Part shown: piece by piece, positions 54,214-61,962 of the stretch
How positions within the stretch are numbered: the first letter of the stretch is position 1
How the letters are laid out: each line of letters opens with the position of its first letter
Assembly: GCA_009841605.1 (NCBI GenBank)
Contig: VXLM01000139.1
Coordinates: forward strand, 4,257 to 68,256
Origin: Dehalococcoidia bacterium
Lineage (GTDB): Bacteria; Chloroflexota; Dehalococcoidia; Lucifugimonadales; VXLM01
Length of the DNA: 64,000 nt
Reading direction: 5' to 3'
The notes under the pieces: model-generated
Databases searched by the model: none
What the model saw: only the letters and a program-made list of their open reading frames with translations
What the model was told of the DNA's origin: nothing
Translations under genes and position numbers: made by a program

Positions 54214-55323
54214 ATGGAACGACCGATCTTCAAACCCATCGGAACCCCGACCGAACAGCTCGACACCCCATCCCTCATCGTCGACGTGGACGCCCTCGAA
54301 CACAACATCTCCACCGTGGCCGAATTCTTCGAGAGCAACGCCGCCAAGCTCCGACCGCACGTCGAGTCGCACAGGACGCCCGCCATCGCGCACAAGCAGT
54401 TGGCAGGTGGCGGTCACGTCGGCGGAATCGCCGTATCAAGCATCGGCCAGGCCGAGGTCTTCGTTCCCAACGGCTTCACCGACGTATTCGTGGCGAACCT
54501 CGTCGTGACGCCGCAGAAGATCACTCGCCTCTGCGCCCTCGCCCGGCAGGCCAAAATCGGCGTCGCCGTCGACAGCCCAGCAAACGTAGCCGACCTATCC
54601 GACGCCGCAGTCGCCAACGGCGTCTGCCTCGAAGTGGTCGTCTATGTCAACACTCGCCTCGGACTCTACGGCGTGGAACCCGGCCGACCCGCCATCGACC
54701 TAGCGGAGGCCGTCGTTGACGCTCCCGGTCTCGATTTCGCCGGGATAATGACCCAGGAAGGCAGCATCCTCTCCGACGACCCCGACGATGCCGCCACCGA
54801 GTCACGTTCGGCCATTCAACCGCTCCTCGACACGCGCCAGGACCTCGAGTCCGCCGGAATCGCCGTCCGAGTCGTGAGCGCCGGAAATACATCGAACTAC
54901 CAAGTCGTCGGAGCCATCGACGGCGTGACGGAGGTCCCCGCCGGTACCTACGCCCTGCTCGATGCCCAGCACGCGCCACATCTGCCCCACCTCAAGACCG
55001 CCGGCCGTGTCATGTCAACCGTCACCAGCAGGCCGGAGCCGGGCTACATGATTACCGACGGCGGCCAGAAGGCCATCGGGGCCGACACCGGTTTCCCATC
55101 GGTCGACAACCTGCCGAACCCCTCGGTCAAGGGCCTCAGCGCTGAGCACGGCAGCATCTACTTCGACGCTTCCGATGGCGCCGACCCTCAACTCGGCGAA
55201 AAGATCTGGTGTACCCCCTGGGACGCCGCCACCTGCGCCAACCTCCACGACTACATATTCGCCGTCCGAAACGATTCCCTCGAAGCCGTTTGGGAAGTCT
55301 CCGCCAGGGGACGATACCGTTAG
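54214..55323 (+). CDS. D-threonine aldolase / DSD1-like (alanine-racemase-fold) paralog lacking the PLP lysine
   Basis: AGGAG SD then ATG 54214. DTPSLIVDVDALEHNI...LRPHVESHRTPAIAHKQL aligns with the family motif RPH.KTHK, but Glu (54364-54366) replaces the Schiff-base Lys. Confidence 0.8.
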   Translation: MERPIFKPIGTPTEQLDTPSLIVDVDALEHNISTVAEFFESNAAKLRPHVESHRTPAIAHKQLAGGGHVGGIAVSSIGQAEVFVPNGFTDVFVANLVVTPQKITRLCALARQAKIGVAVDSPANVADLSDAAVANGVCLEVVVYVNTRLGLYGVEPGRPAIDLAEAVVDAPGLDFAGIMTQEGSILSDDPDDAATESRSAIQPLLDTRQDLESAGIAVRVVSAGNTSNYQVVGAIDGVTEVPAGTYALLDAQHAPHLPHLKTAGRVMSTVTSRPEPGYMITDGGQKAIGADTGFPSVDNLPNPSVKGLSAEHGSIYFDASDGADPQLGEKIWCTPWDAATCANLHDYIFAVRNDSLEAVWEVSARGRYR

Positions 55324-55408
55324 CACAGAGACCGCAAGTTCGGATCACATACGCCAAAGGAAACGCGCGCCGGAACGCTCGCTGAGCGTGAACCGGTCGG
55401 AGGAAAAC

Positions 55409-56509
55409 ATGGACAACACCCCCCGCGAACGCGGCACCCCCCTCGGAGACCTGGAAACCCCATGCTTCATCGTTGAGGTGGACGCCCTCGAAAGCAACTA
55501 CCGTGTCGTCTCGGACACCTACCGCGACACCGTCTGCAAGATGCGCCAGCACACCAAGAACATCAAGAGCCCCTTCCTTGCCAAGATGCAGATGGACATC
55601 GGAGGCTCCAACGGCGGCGTCTGCACCGCCAAGGTCGCCGAGGCCGAGATCATGGTGGAGGGCGGCATCACCGACATACTCATCCCCAACCAGGTCGTCA
55701 CCGATGACAAGCTCGACCGTGTATGCGCCCTCGCACGACACGGCGACATCAAGCTGTGCGTCGACAGCGTTGAAAACGTTCGTGCCATCTCCGATGTCGC
55801 CTCCCGGAACGGTGTCGAGGTCGGTGTCCTCATCGAGGTCGATACGTCCATGGCTCGAGCGGGAGTCCGCAGCCCCGAACAAGGCGTGGAGATCGCCAGG
55901 GCCGCTGTAAGCCTCCCCGGCGTCGCCTTCCGGGGCGTCATGAGCCACCAGAACGTCGGCGAGGCGTTCAGCAAGGAAGACCGCTACCTTCGCGGCAAAG
56001 AGACCATCGACATCTGCCTACAGGTCAAGGACGCCGTCGAGGACGCGGGCATCCCGGTCGAGATTGTCTCCAGCGGCGAGACCTTCTGCTACGACGTCGC
56101 GGCGACAATTCCCGGCGTCACCGAGGTCGAAGGCGGCTCGTACGCCCTCATGTCGACCGGATACGGTTACATGACGGAGTTCCAAATAGCCGGCAAGGTG
56201 CTCGGCACCGTCGTCAGCACCCCCCGCCCGGGAGTAGCCATCGGCGACGTTGGAATGCACTCCATAGCCGCCCCGGGTGGCGTCCTCCCGACCGTCGACG
56301 ATATCCCCGGCGTCGAAGTCGAGTCCCTCCACGACGACCATATCGTCCTCACCGGCGACGGTTCAATGCCCCTGAGCGTCGGCGACAAGTTCAAGCTCCT
56401 GCCCGCCCACCAGGACATGCTCGTCAACCGCTGGGACCAGTACGTGGCCATCCGTGACGGGGTCGTCGAAGACATATGGGATATCCCCGGACGCGGCTGC
56501 TATCACTAG
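55409..56509 (+). CDS. D-threonine aldolase / DSD1-like (alanine-racemase-fold) PLP enzyme
   Basis: ATG 55409. ETPCFIVEVDALESNY...MRQHTKNIKSPFLAKMQM retains the motif Lys (55556-55558). Same length and layout as the upstream paralog. Confidence 0.8.
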   Translation: MDNTPRERGTPLGDLETPCFIVEVDALESNYRVVSDTYRDTVCKMRQHTKNIKSPFLAKMQMDIGGSNGGVCTAKVAEAEIMVEGGITDILIPNQVVTDDKLDRVCALARHGDIKLCVDSVENVRAISDVASRNGVEVGVLIEVDTSMARAGVRSPEQGVEIARAAVSLPGVAFRGVMSHQNVGEAFSKEDRYLRGKETIDICLQVKDAVEDAGIPVEIVSSGETFCYDVAATIPGVTEVEGGSYALMSTGYGYMTEFQIAGKVLGTVVSTPRPGVAIGDVGMHSIAAPGGVLPTVDDIPGVEVESLHDDHIVLTGDGSMPLSVGDKFKLLPAHQDMLVNRWDQYVAIRDGVVEDIWDIPGRGCYH

Positions 56510-56591
56510 GTATTTTGAAACTCCCGGCAATCTCAACGTCAACTCGGACAAAACCGTCATCGCCATGAAAATGGGCCACGCCAAATCCGTC

Positions 56592-56617
56592 GTAGGGGCA
56601 ACCCTTGTGGTTGCCCG
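56592..56617 (+). repeat. Family F hairpin
   Basis: gtaggggcaacccttgtggttgcccg. Confidence 0.85.
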
Positions 56618-56697
56618 TTCGCGGCGGCAATGCACTTTCATCCCCTTCTGTGTCCTGTGCAGGTCCGGAGTGGTGTCCGCTAATGGTGGCCCATGAA

Positions 56698-56737
56698 TAT
56701 CCCCTCTCCCGTCATGGGAGAGGGCTAGGGTGAGGGT
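56698..56737 (+). repeat. Family A hairpin repeat (loop gtcat)
   Basis: tatcccctctcccgtcatgggagagggctagggtgagggt. Confidence 0.9.
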
Positions 56738-56799
56738 ATCTTGAGGAAGCTGCCAAAATCATATGGAACCGGTACGAGATATTGTTGGTGGACAAGGCT

Positions 56800-57351
56800 A
56801 TGAGTCGGTTGTCACTCCTTCTGGGCGCCCTTACCCTCCTCCTCGCAGCCTGTGGCACCGGCGAAGACCCTACCCTGCTCCCTGAGCAGACAGGACCGGC
56901 TCCGTCGCTGGAAGCCCTTCGCAGCAGGGCAACCGACGCGACCCTGGCCTTGAACGAAGACCGATGGCTCGACTTTTACGAGTTCAAGAGCCCCCGCTCT
57001 GTCAGACCTCGCCTCCCATACGGGCTGCCGGCCGTGCAGCTCTGCACCCAGGAGCAGTTCATCTTCGACACTGGAACGAGGCTCGCAAAGATAAGGGCCC
57101 TTGCCGGACTCTACCGTGATGAGAAGCTAACGTGGGAAATCGTCGACGTGACCACAAAGGAAGACCGTGACCGCATCGGCGTCGTCCGGCTCGATATCTT
57201 CCACCAAGGCGAGCTCGTCACGAACGAGTTCCACGACTACCGCGGCGAAGTGGAAGAGGGCGAGCGGTGGGTCTACATCGACGGCGAATGGTGGATAGAG
57301 CCGGAAAACTGGGACGAGGGTTGCCACGAAAACACCTTATTCGGCCTCTAA
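56800..57351 (+). CDS. hypothetical lipoprotein
   Basis: MSRLSLLLGALTLLLAACGTG is a signal peptide with a lipobox. No recognisable domain. Confidence 0.6.
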   Translation: MSRLSLLLGALTLLLAACGTGEDPTLLPEQTGPAPSLEALRSRATDATLALNEDRWLDFYEFKSPRSVRPRLPYGLPAVQLCTQEQFIFDTGTRLAKIRALAGLYRDEKLTWEIVDVTTKEDRDRIGVVRLDIFHQGELVTNEFHDYRGEVEEGERWVYIDGEWWIEPENWDEGCHENTLFGL

Positions 57352-57375
57352 GTTGGTGTCGAAAACTCGCCGAAA

Positions 57376-57440
57376 CCGTTCGTGGTGAGCTTGTCGAACC
57401 ATGAACGGCGCACCGACCTTTCGAAAGGCTCAGCGTCTCC
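57376..57440 (+). repeat. Family E variant / X-core repeat
   Basis: ccgttcgtggtgagcttgtcgaaccatgaacgg followed by cctttcgaaaggctcag, collinear with the interior of 16862-16975. Confidence 0.8.
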
Positions 57441-57485
57441 CGCGTACTTGGTGCGGAGGTGCGCGGAATTCCTTTAACGCACGCT

Positions 57486-58118
57486 CTAGTTGGACGTTGA
57501 GCTGCCCATCCTCTCCCGCAGCCGCTCCTTCAACTCCGCCGACTCCTCGTTCAGCAACCTCAGCGCAAGCCGGAGCGCGTTCGAGACATCGTCCGCCTCT
57601 AGGATGCCCTGCTTCCCAATGACCTCCCCCTGAAGCTGCGAACCCACCACGTACCATAGCTGCACAGGGTCCGTCGGCATAACGGGCTGCTCAATCCACT
57701 CGCCCCGCAGAGCCATGAACATCTGTACATGCTGCTTCGCGGCCTGTCTCACCTCCGCAACCAGACCCTCGTCCACAGCTGGAGAATCATCGTCCTCCAG
57801 TGGAAGCACTTCTGCTGTGATATACGGCAGCTGCTCGACGATCTCCACAATCCGAAAACGCCGCTCCCCTTTGACACCGATCAGCATCCGCCCGTCATCG
57901 AGCGTCCTCACCTCGTCGATCACCGCAATCGTCCCGACCGTCTCCGGCACCGCCGGATCGCCCACATCCGACCCTGAACTGATGAGCACCACTCCGAAAC
58001 GCCTGTCGCCTTCAAGGCAATGCCGCATCATCAGCCGGTACCGCTCCTCAAAAATGTGCAGCGGCAAATACCCACCCGGAAACAACACGACATTCAACGG
58101 AAACAACGGCAAACGCAT
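57486..58118 (-). CDS. LON N-terminal (substrate-binding) domain protein
   Basis: MRLPLFPLNVVLFPGGYLPLHIFEERYR is the canonical LON_N start. About 210 aa with no AAA or protease domain. Confidence 0.8.
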   Translation of the reverse strand: MRLPLFPLNVVLFPGGYLPLHIFEERYRLMMRHCLEGDRRFGVVLISSGSDVGDPAVPETVGTIAVIDEVRTLDDGRMLIGVKGERRFRIVEIVEQLPYITAEVLPLEDDDSPAVDEGLVAEVRQAAKQHVQMFMALRGEWIEQPVMPTDPVQLWYVVGSQLQGEVIGKQGILEADDVSNALRLALRLLNEESAELKERLRERMGSSTSN

Positions 58119-58203
58119 GAACCTGACAACCACCTCGTTATATGTAATTCTCCAAAAGGATAAAACGTCCCGCATTTACCGTAAAGCCAACCTCTTTGCT
58201 TGT

Positions 58204-58290
58204 CCTCTCCCTTCTTTCCTCTTTCTACTTTCTCCGCCCTTCTTTCTTCTTCCCTCTTTCTCCCTTCTTCCCCAATCCTCTCCCATCCTG
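58204..58290 (+). repeat. 87-nt polypyrimidine tract (5 purines)
   Basis: Shares ctcccttctttc, ccctctttct and cttcttcccc blocks with 54098-54169. Ends 46 nt before ATG 58336 of infC. Confidence 0.85.
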
Positions 58291-58335
58291 CCGACAATTG
58301 TCATTGTCTTGCACCTTAGGCGTGTGCTATATTCG

Positions 58336-58971
58336 ATGGTGCCGTCCAATTCGGACGGACTGTTTATTTGGAGAGGTGTCGGCATACCACGAGACTATCG
58401 TGTCAATGACCGGATTCGCATAGCGGAAGTCCGGTTGATCGACGAAGCGGGCAAGCAGCTTGGCGTAATGCCCACGCGCCAGGCTCTGATATTTGCGCAG
58501 GAACGAGGTCTCGACCTCGTCGAGGTCGCGCCGGGCAGCAGGCCGCCCGTCTGCCGCCTGATGGACTACGGCAAATTCAGGTATGAGGCCACGCGCAGAG
58601 AGCGGGAGGCTCGAAAAGCCCAGCGAAGCAAGACAACCAACGAGTTGCGCGAAGTCCGGCTCGAAGGACGTATCGGCGATCACGATCTCGAAACGAAAAT
58701 CCGTCAGGTGAAGCGCCTTCTTGGAGAGGGATCGAAAGTACGGGTGTCGGTCCGCTTCCGCGGTAGGGAGATAACCCACCCGGAGATCGGAATGGCCCTC
58801 CTTAGACGAGTCGCCGAGAGCCTCGTCGAGGACGCGGGAATGGAAAAGGCCCCCTCGTTCGAGGGCCGGTTCCTCGCCATGATCCTGGCCCCCATAAGCA
58901 CCGGCGGCAAGAGTTCCAAACCGAAAGACGAACCAGCACAGCAGACCGAAAAGGAGAAGACGCGTGCCTAA
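58336..58971 (+). CDS. infC: translation initiation factor IF-3
   Basis: RVNDRIRIAEVRLIDEAGKQLGV...PPVCRLMDYGKFRYE...RFRGREITHPEIG is collinear with E. coli IF3. The start is uncertain: ATG 58336, or the atypical ATT 58366 often used by infC. Confidence 0.9.
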   Translation: MVPSNSDGLFIWRGVGIPRDYRVNDRIRIAEVRLIDEAGKQLGVMPTRQALIFAQERGLDLVEVAPGSRPPVCRLMDYGKFRYEATRREREARKAQRSKTTNELREVRLEGRIGDHDLETKIRQVKRLLGEGSKVRVSVRFRGREITHPEIGMALLRRVAESLVEDAGMEKAPSFEGRFLAMILAPISTGGKSSKPKDEPAQQTEKEKTRA

Positions 58972-59170
58972 GCTCAAGACCCACAAGGGAGCAGCCGCGC
59001 GGTTCAAGTTCACCAAGACCGGCAAACTTCTTCGCATGAAGGGACGGCAGGGACACTTTCGCCGTCGGAAGCCCAAGCGAGTAAAGCGCCAGATGCGGCA
59101 GACTATGGCCGGCAGCGCCTCCGACGCCAAGAACGTCCGCGCCGTACTCCCCTACGGCTCCACCAAGTAA
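58964..59170 (+). CDS. rpmI: 50S ribosomal protein L35
   Basis: (M)PKLKTHKGAAARFKFTKTGKLLR. GTG start overlapping the infC stop. Confidence 0.95.
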   Translation: MPKLKTHKGAAARFKFTKTGKLLRMKGRQGHFRRRKPKRVKRQMRQTMAGSASDAKNVRAVLPYGSTK

Positions 59171-59185
59171 CACGAGGATCATCAA

Positions 59186-59554
59186 GTGACACGAGTCAAA
59201 CGAGGATACATAAGGCGTCGACGCCACAAGAAGATCGTCAAGATGGCCTCCGGCCACCAGAGCGGACGCTCCCGCGTCTTCAAGCAGGCCAACGAGTCCG
59301 TCATGCACGCGCTCAGGTACGCCTACTTCCACCGGCGCGAGAAGAAGGGCGACATGCGCCGCCTATGGAACATCCGCATCAACGCCGCCGCCCGCGCCAA
59401 CGGCCTCTCCTACAGCAAGCTCATCCACGGCCTCAAGCTCGCAGGCGTAGACGTCAACCGCAAGATGCTCGCCGAGCTAGGCGCCACCGACCCCGAGGCC
59501 TTCTCCGCCATCGCCGAAACCGCCAAGGCGCAGCTGGCCTCCGAAGCGGCTTAA
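59186..59554 (+). CDS. rplT: 50S ribosomal protein L20
   Basis: (M)TRVKRGYIRRRRHKKIVKMASG...RRLWNIRINAAAR. GTG start. Confidence 0.95.
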   Translation: MTRVKRGYIRRRRHKKIVKMASGHQSGRSRVFKQANESVMHALRYAYFHRREKKGDMRRLWNIRINAAARANGLSYSKLIHGLKLAGVDVNRKMLAELGATDPEAFSAIAETAKAQLASEAA

Positions 59555-59625
59555 CCCCCTCACCTTTGAAGGGTTGACAGGGGTATGTAAAACGGTTTTC
59601 AGCTACGATCCGGCCCCGCCGCACT

Positions 59626-59799
59626 GTCATTCCGAGCGCAGCGAGAAATCTAAAGTCCTTCACCGCAAGACCGGATAGTCAGTGCCGCGCTTCTATCGTG
59701 ACGAAGAGTGAAAACCGCGGAAGAATTTTCCATATCAGCCTTACGTTGTGACAGACACTTTTAGATTCTTCGACTCCGCTGCGCTTCGCTCAGAATGAC
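59626..59799. repeat. Family H inverted-repeat pair (GTCATTCCGAGCGCAGCGAG..AATCTAAAG) flanking about 100 bp
   Basis: Left arm 59626-59655. Right arm 59758-59799 is its imperfect reverse complement with a short internal insertion. Confidence 0.75.
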
Positions 59800-59822
59800 G
59801 GTGCGGAGCTACTTCCTCGTCA

Positions 59823-60107
59823 ATGGAGCCCCTGACAGACTTGCGCATCCTCGCCTCGCAGCGCTTCTGGACAACTGTGAAGTTGCTGGAAGTTCCCCAC
59901 CTGAAAGCGCGGGAGATGGTTGTGGACGTACACGATCCCGCACGCGGAGACTACTGGATAATCGGATGCCCGATAAAGGATGAGGGTAACGACGTTGAGG
60001 TTCGACCGCCGCCCCTGCTCGACTAGGATTCGGAAGAGGTGCTTACCGATCTGCTGGGAATGAGCCGCGAGGAGATCGAAGCGTTGCCGGACGCAGGAGT
60101 AGTCTGA
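59823..60107 (+). pseudogene. remnant of a family III (CaiB/BaiF) CoA-transferase gene
   Basis: Only about 94 codons. PLTDLRIL resembles the family N-terminus and HLKAREMVVDVHDP...IGCPIK...RPPPLLD*DSEEVLTDLLGMSREEIEALPDAGVV resembles the C-terminus. In-frame TAG at 60024-60026. The roughly 300-aa core is absent. Confidence 0.55.
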
Positions 60108-60571
60108 TGAAAAAAGAAGAGGTCATCACCCGCGTAAAGACCGAGCGCAGTCGCTGGAGCGACATCATCGCCCAGATGGACGACGATATGATGCTGAAAC
60201 CCGGAGTCGAGGGGCACTGGTCCGTCAAGGATGTCCTCGCCCACGTAGTCTGGTACGAGCGAGAGATAGTCGGAGTGCTCAGAGCACGCGCCTTCGTCGG
60301 CTCCGATCTCTGGGCGTTGCCGCTGGACGAACGCAACGCCGGAGTCTATGAGGAGACCAGGAACATGACTCTGGAGGAAGTCCGCGCCGAGTCCGCGAGA
60401 GTGTTCCCCCAGCTTTTGGAACAACTCGAAGCTCTCCCCGAAGACGCCTACGGCAACGCCGCCTGCTTCCCAGGAATGCCCGCTGAATGGGAGCCGTGGT
60501 TCATAATCGCCGGCAACACCTTCAACCACTACCCGGCTCACACCCAGTCCCTCAAACAGTTGCTGGAGTAG
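60107..60571 (+). CDS. DinB-superfamily / ClbS-like four-helix-bundle protein
   Basis: 154 aa. HWSVKDVLAHVVWYERE and a C-terminal NHYPAH histidine-rich pattern typical of DinB-like folds. Family assignment is tentative. Confidence 0.65.
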   Translation: MKKEEVITRVKTERSRWSDIIAQMDDDMMLKPGVEGHWSVKDVLAHVVWYEREIVGVLRARAFVGSDLWALPLDERNAGVYEETRNMTLEEVRAESARVFPQLLEQLEALPEDAYGNAACFPGMPAEWEPWFIIAGNTFNHYPAHTQSLKQLLE

Positions 60572-60686
60572 CTGGGGCTGGGATGCGTCATCATCCCCTC
60601 ATTCTGGCGCCTCCCTAAACCTTACACCTGACCCCTTTGCCCTCGATAACGGGCAATTCCCTTTTGACTTTAGGCCACCCCCACGC

Positions 60687-60735
60687 CGTCATTCCGGCGA
60701 AGGAACGTCACCCCGCACCACGATACGGGGCGGAA
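60687..60735 (+). repeat. C-like hairpin (gtcattccggcgaagg...cggaaatcc) interrupted by a family I hairpin
   Basis: The intact version is gtcattcccgcgaaggcgggaatcc at 61904-61928. Here ccccgcaccacgatacgggg is inserted right after the loop. Confidence 0.7.
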
Positions 60736-60758
60736 ATCCATGCCCCGGCCAACCTCCC

Positions 60759-60786
60759 GTAGGTGTGATTCACGAATCGCCCCCTA
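60759..60786. repeat. Family G palindrome, degenerate copy
   Basis: gtaggtgtgattcacgaatcgcccctac. Its right arm contains the stop codon of the SCO1 gene (opposite strand). Confidence 0.75.
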
Positions 60787-61512
60787 CCCATCCTCCCCCA
60801 ACAACGCCCGCACATCCCCCACCACGTCCTCAGGCTCGATCGGCAGCGTGTGGAGCACCCGCACCCTCCCCTGCCTATCAATCAGATACACCGGTGCCTG
60901 GTGCGCCACCGTATACCGTGACGCGATGTCGCGACTCAACGCATCGACCCCTCGCACCCTGTCGACCTTCCACTCCTCCGGCACGTCTGCGACTCGTCCC
61001 TCCTCGTCCACTGCCGCGACCACGTAGTACGCCTCCCAGACCGGGCTGAGGTCCTCCTCGCTTCCAACGAGATACCTCCAGTTCTCGGCCATCCCCCACG
61101 CCTCCGAGTACTCCAGCGCCCGCTCGACCGTGTCCCGCTCCGGGTCCACGCTCACGACCACGATGGATACCTCCGCCGCATCATCCCCCAGCCTCTCGGA
61201 CATCGCCTTCACATGGTGCGCCACGATGGGACAGATATCGGGACAGTACGTGTACAGAAAAGTGAGGACGACGACCCTGTCCTCATTCAACTGACCGAGC
61301 GAGACCGGTCGCCCGAACTGGTCCGTCAGCCGGAAGTCCTGCGTCTCTCGTCGGTCCTCGATGACCGTTCCCGAAAACTCCGCGTCCCCACCGCCCGTCG
61401 AGCATCCAGCGAGAATAAGGGGAAAAAGAATGACCGCCGCCTGCCATGTCGCGAGGATTACCAGACCCGTTCGTGCTGAGCCTGTCGAAGCGCGATGCGT
61501 CAAATCACTCAA
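60784..61512 (-). CDS. SCO1/SenC-family copper chaperone (thioredoxin fold), lipoprotein-type leader
   Basis: CxxxC motif in VVLTFLYTYCPDICP plus a downstream His. Leader ...ILFPLILAGCS. Next to cytochrome oxidase genes. Confidence 0.88.
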   Translation of the reverse strand: MSDLTHRASTGSARTGLVILATWQAAVILFPLILAGCSTGGGDAEFSGTVIEDRRETQDFRLTDQFGRPVSLGQLNEDRVVVLTFLYTYCPDICPIVAHHVKAMSERLGDDAAEVSIVVVSVDPERDTVERALEYSEAWGMAENWRYLVGSEEDLSPVWEAYYVVAAVDEEGRVADVPEEWKVDRVRGVDALSRDIASRYTVAHQAPVYLIDRQGRVRVLHTLPIEPEDVVGDVRALLGEDG

Positions 61513-61574
61513 AGACTTGAAATGCCGACTAGCACTGTTCCCGTTTGGATGTAACAGCTAAGCCGAGAGCCGAT

Positions 61575-61615
61575 TTATCCCCTCTCCCGTCGTGGGAGAG
61601 GGCTAGGGTGAGGGT
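61575..61615 (+). repeat. Family A hairpin repeat
   Basis: ttatcccctctcccgtcgtgggagagggctagggtgagggt. Confidence 0.9.
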
Positions 61616-61653
61616 ATTCTTCGAACAATCAGCCAAAATAAATGGACCCGCGA

Positions 61654-61869
61654 TTAGCCTTCCATCTTCCGTTCGAGATAGGCGGCGACGGCCGGGACTC
61701 CGACTACGAGCAAAATACCTAAAATGATAACCCCCCACTGCTTCCACTCGGTGTTCACGTAGAGGGTCGTGAATACCACACCCAGTCCAATTGCGAAGAG
61801 GCCAACGCAGAACACCGAGGCAGCCGGTATCCAAATCGCGTCCCATAATCGACGTTTTTCTCTGTCCAT
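61654..61869 (-). CDS. small two-TM membrane protein, unknown function
   Basis: 71 aa with two clear hydrophobic helices. Lies between ctaG and the SCO1 gene on the same strand. Confidence 0.45.
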   Translation of the reverse strand: MDREKRRLWDAIWIPAASVFCVGLFAIGLGVVFTTLYVNTEWKQWGVIILGILLVVGVPAVAAYLERKMEG

Positions 61870-61892
61870 ACTGCTGTCCTCTCTGCTATGAA

Positions 61893-61956
61893 TTTACATA
61901 ACCGTCATTCCCGCGAAGGCGGGAATCCAATCGCCTCGTCTCCTGAGTTATGTAAA
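61893..61956 (+). mobile_element. Z-like shell (TTTACATAAC / GTTATGTAAA) carrying a C-like hairpin ATTCCCGC-gaag-GCGGGAAT
   Basis: The 10-bp TIRs differ by one base from the Z ends (tttgcataac / gttatgcaaa), but the cargo is a different hairpin family. Confidence 0.7.
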
Positions 61957-61962
61957 AGTCTC

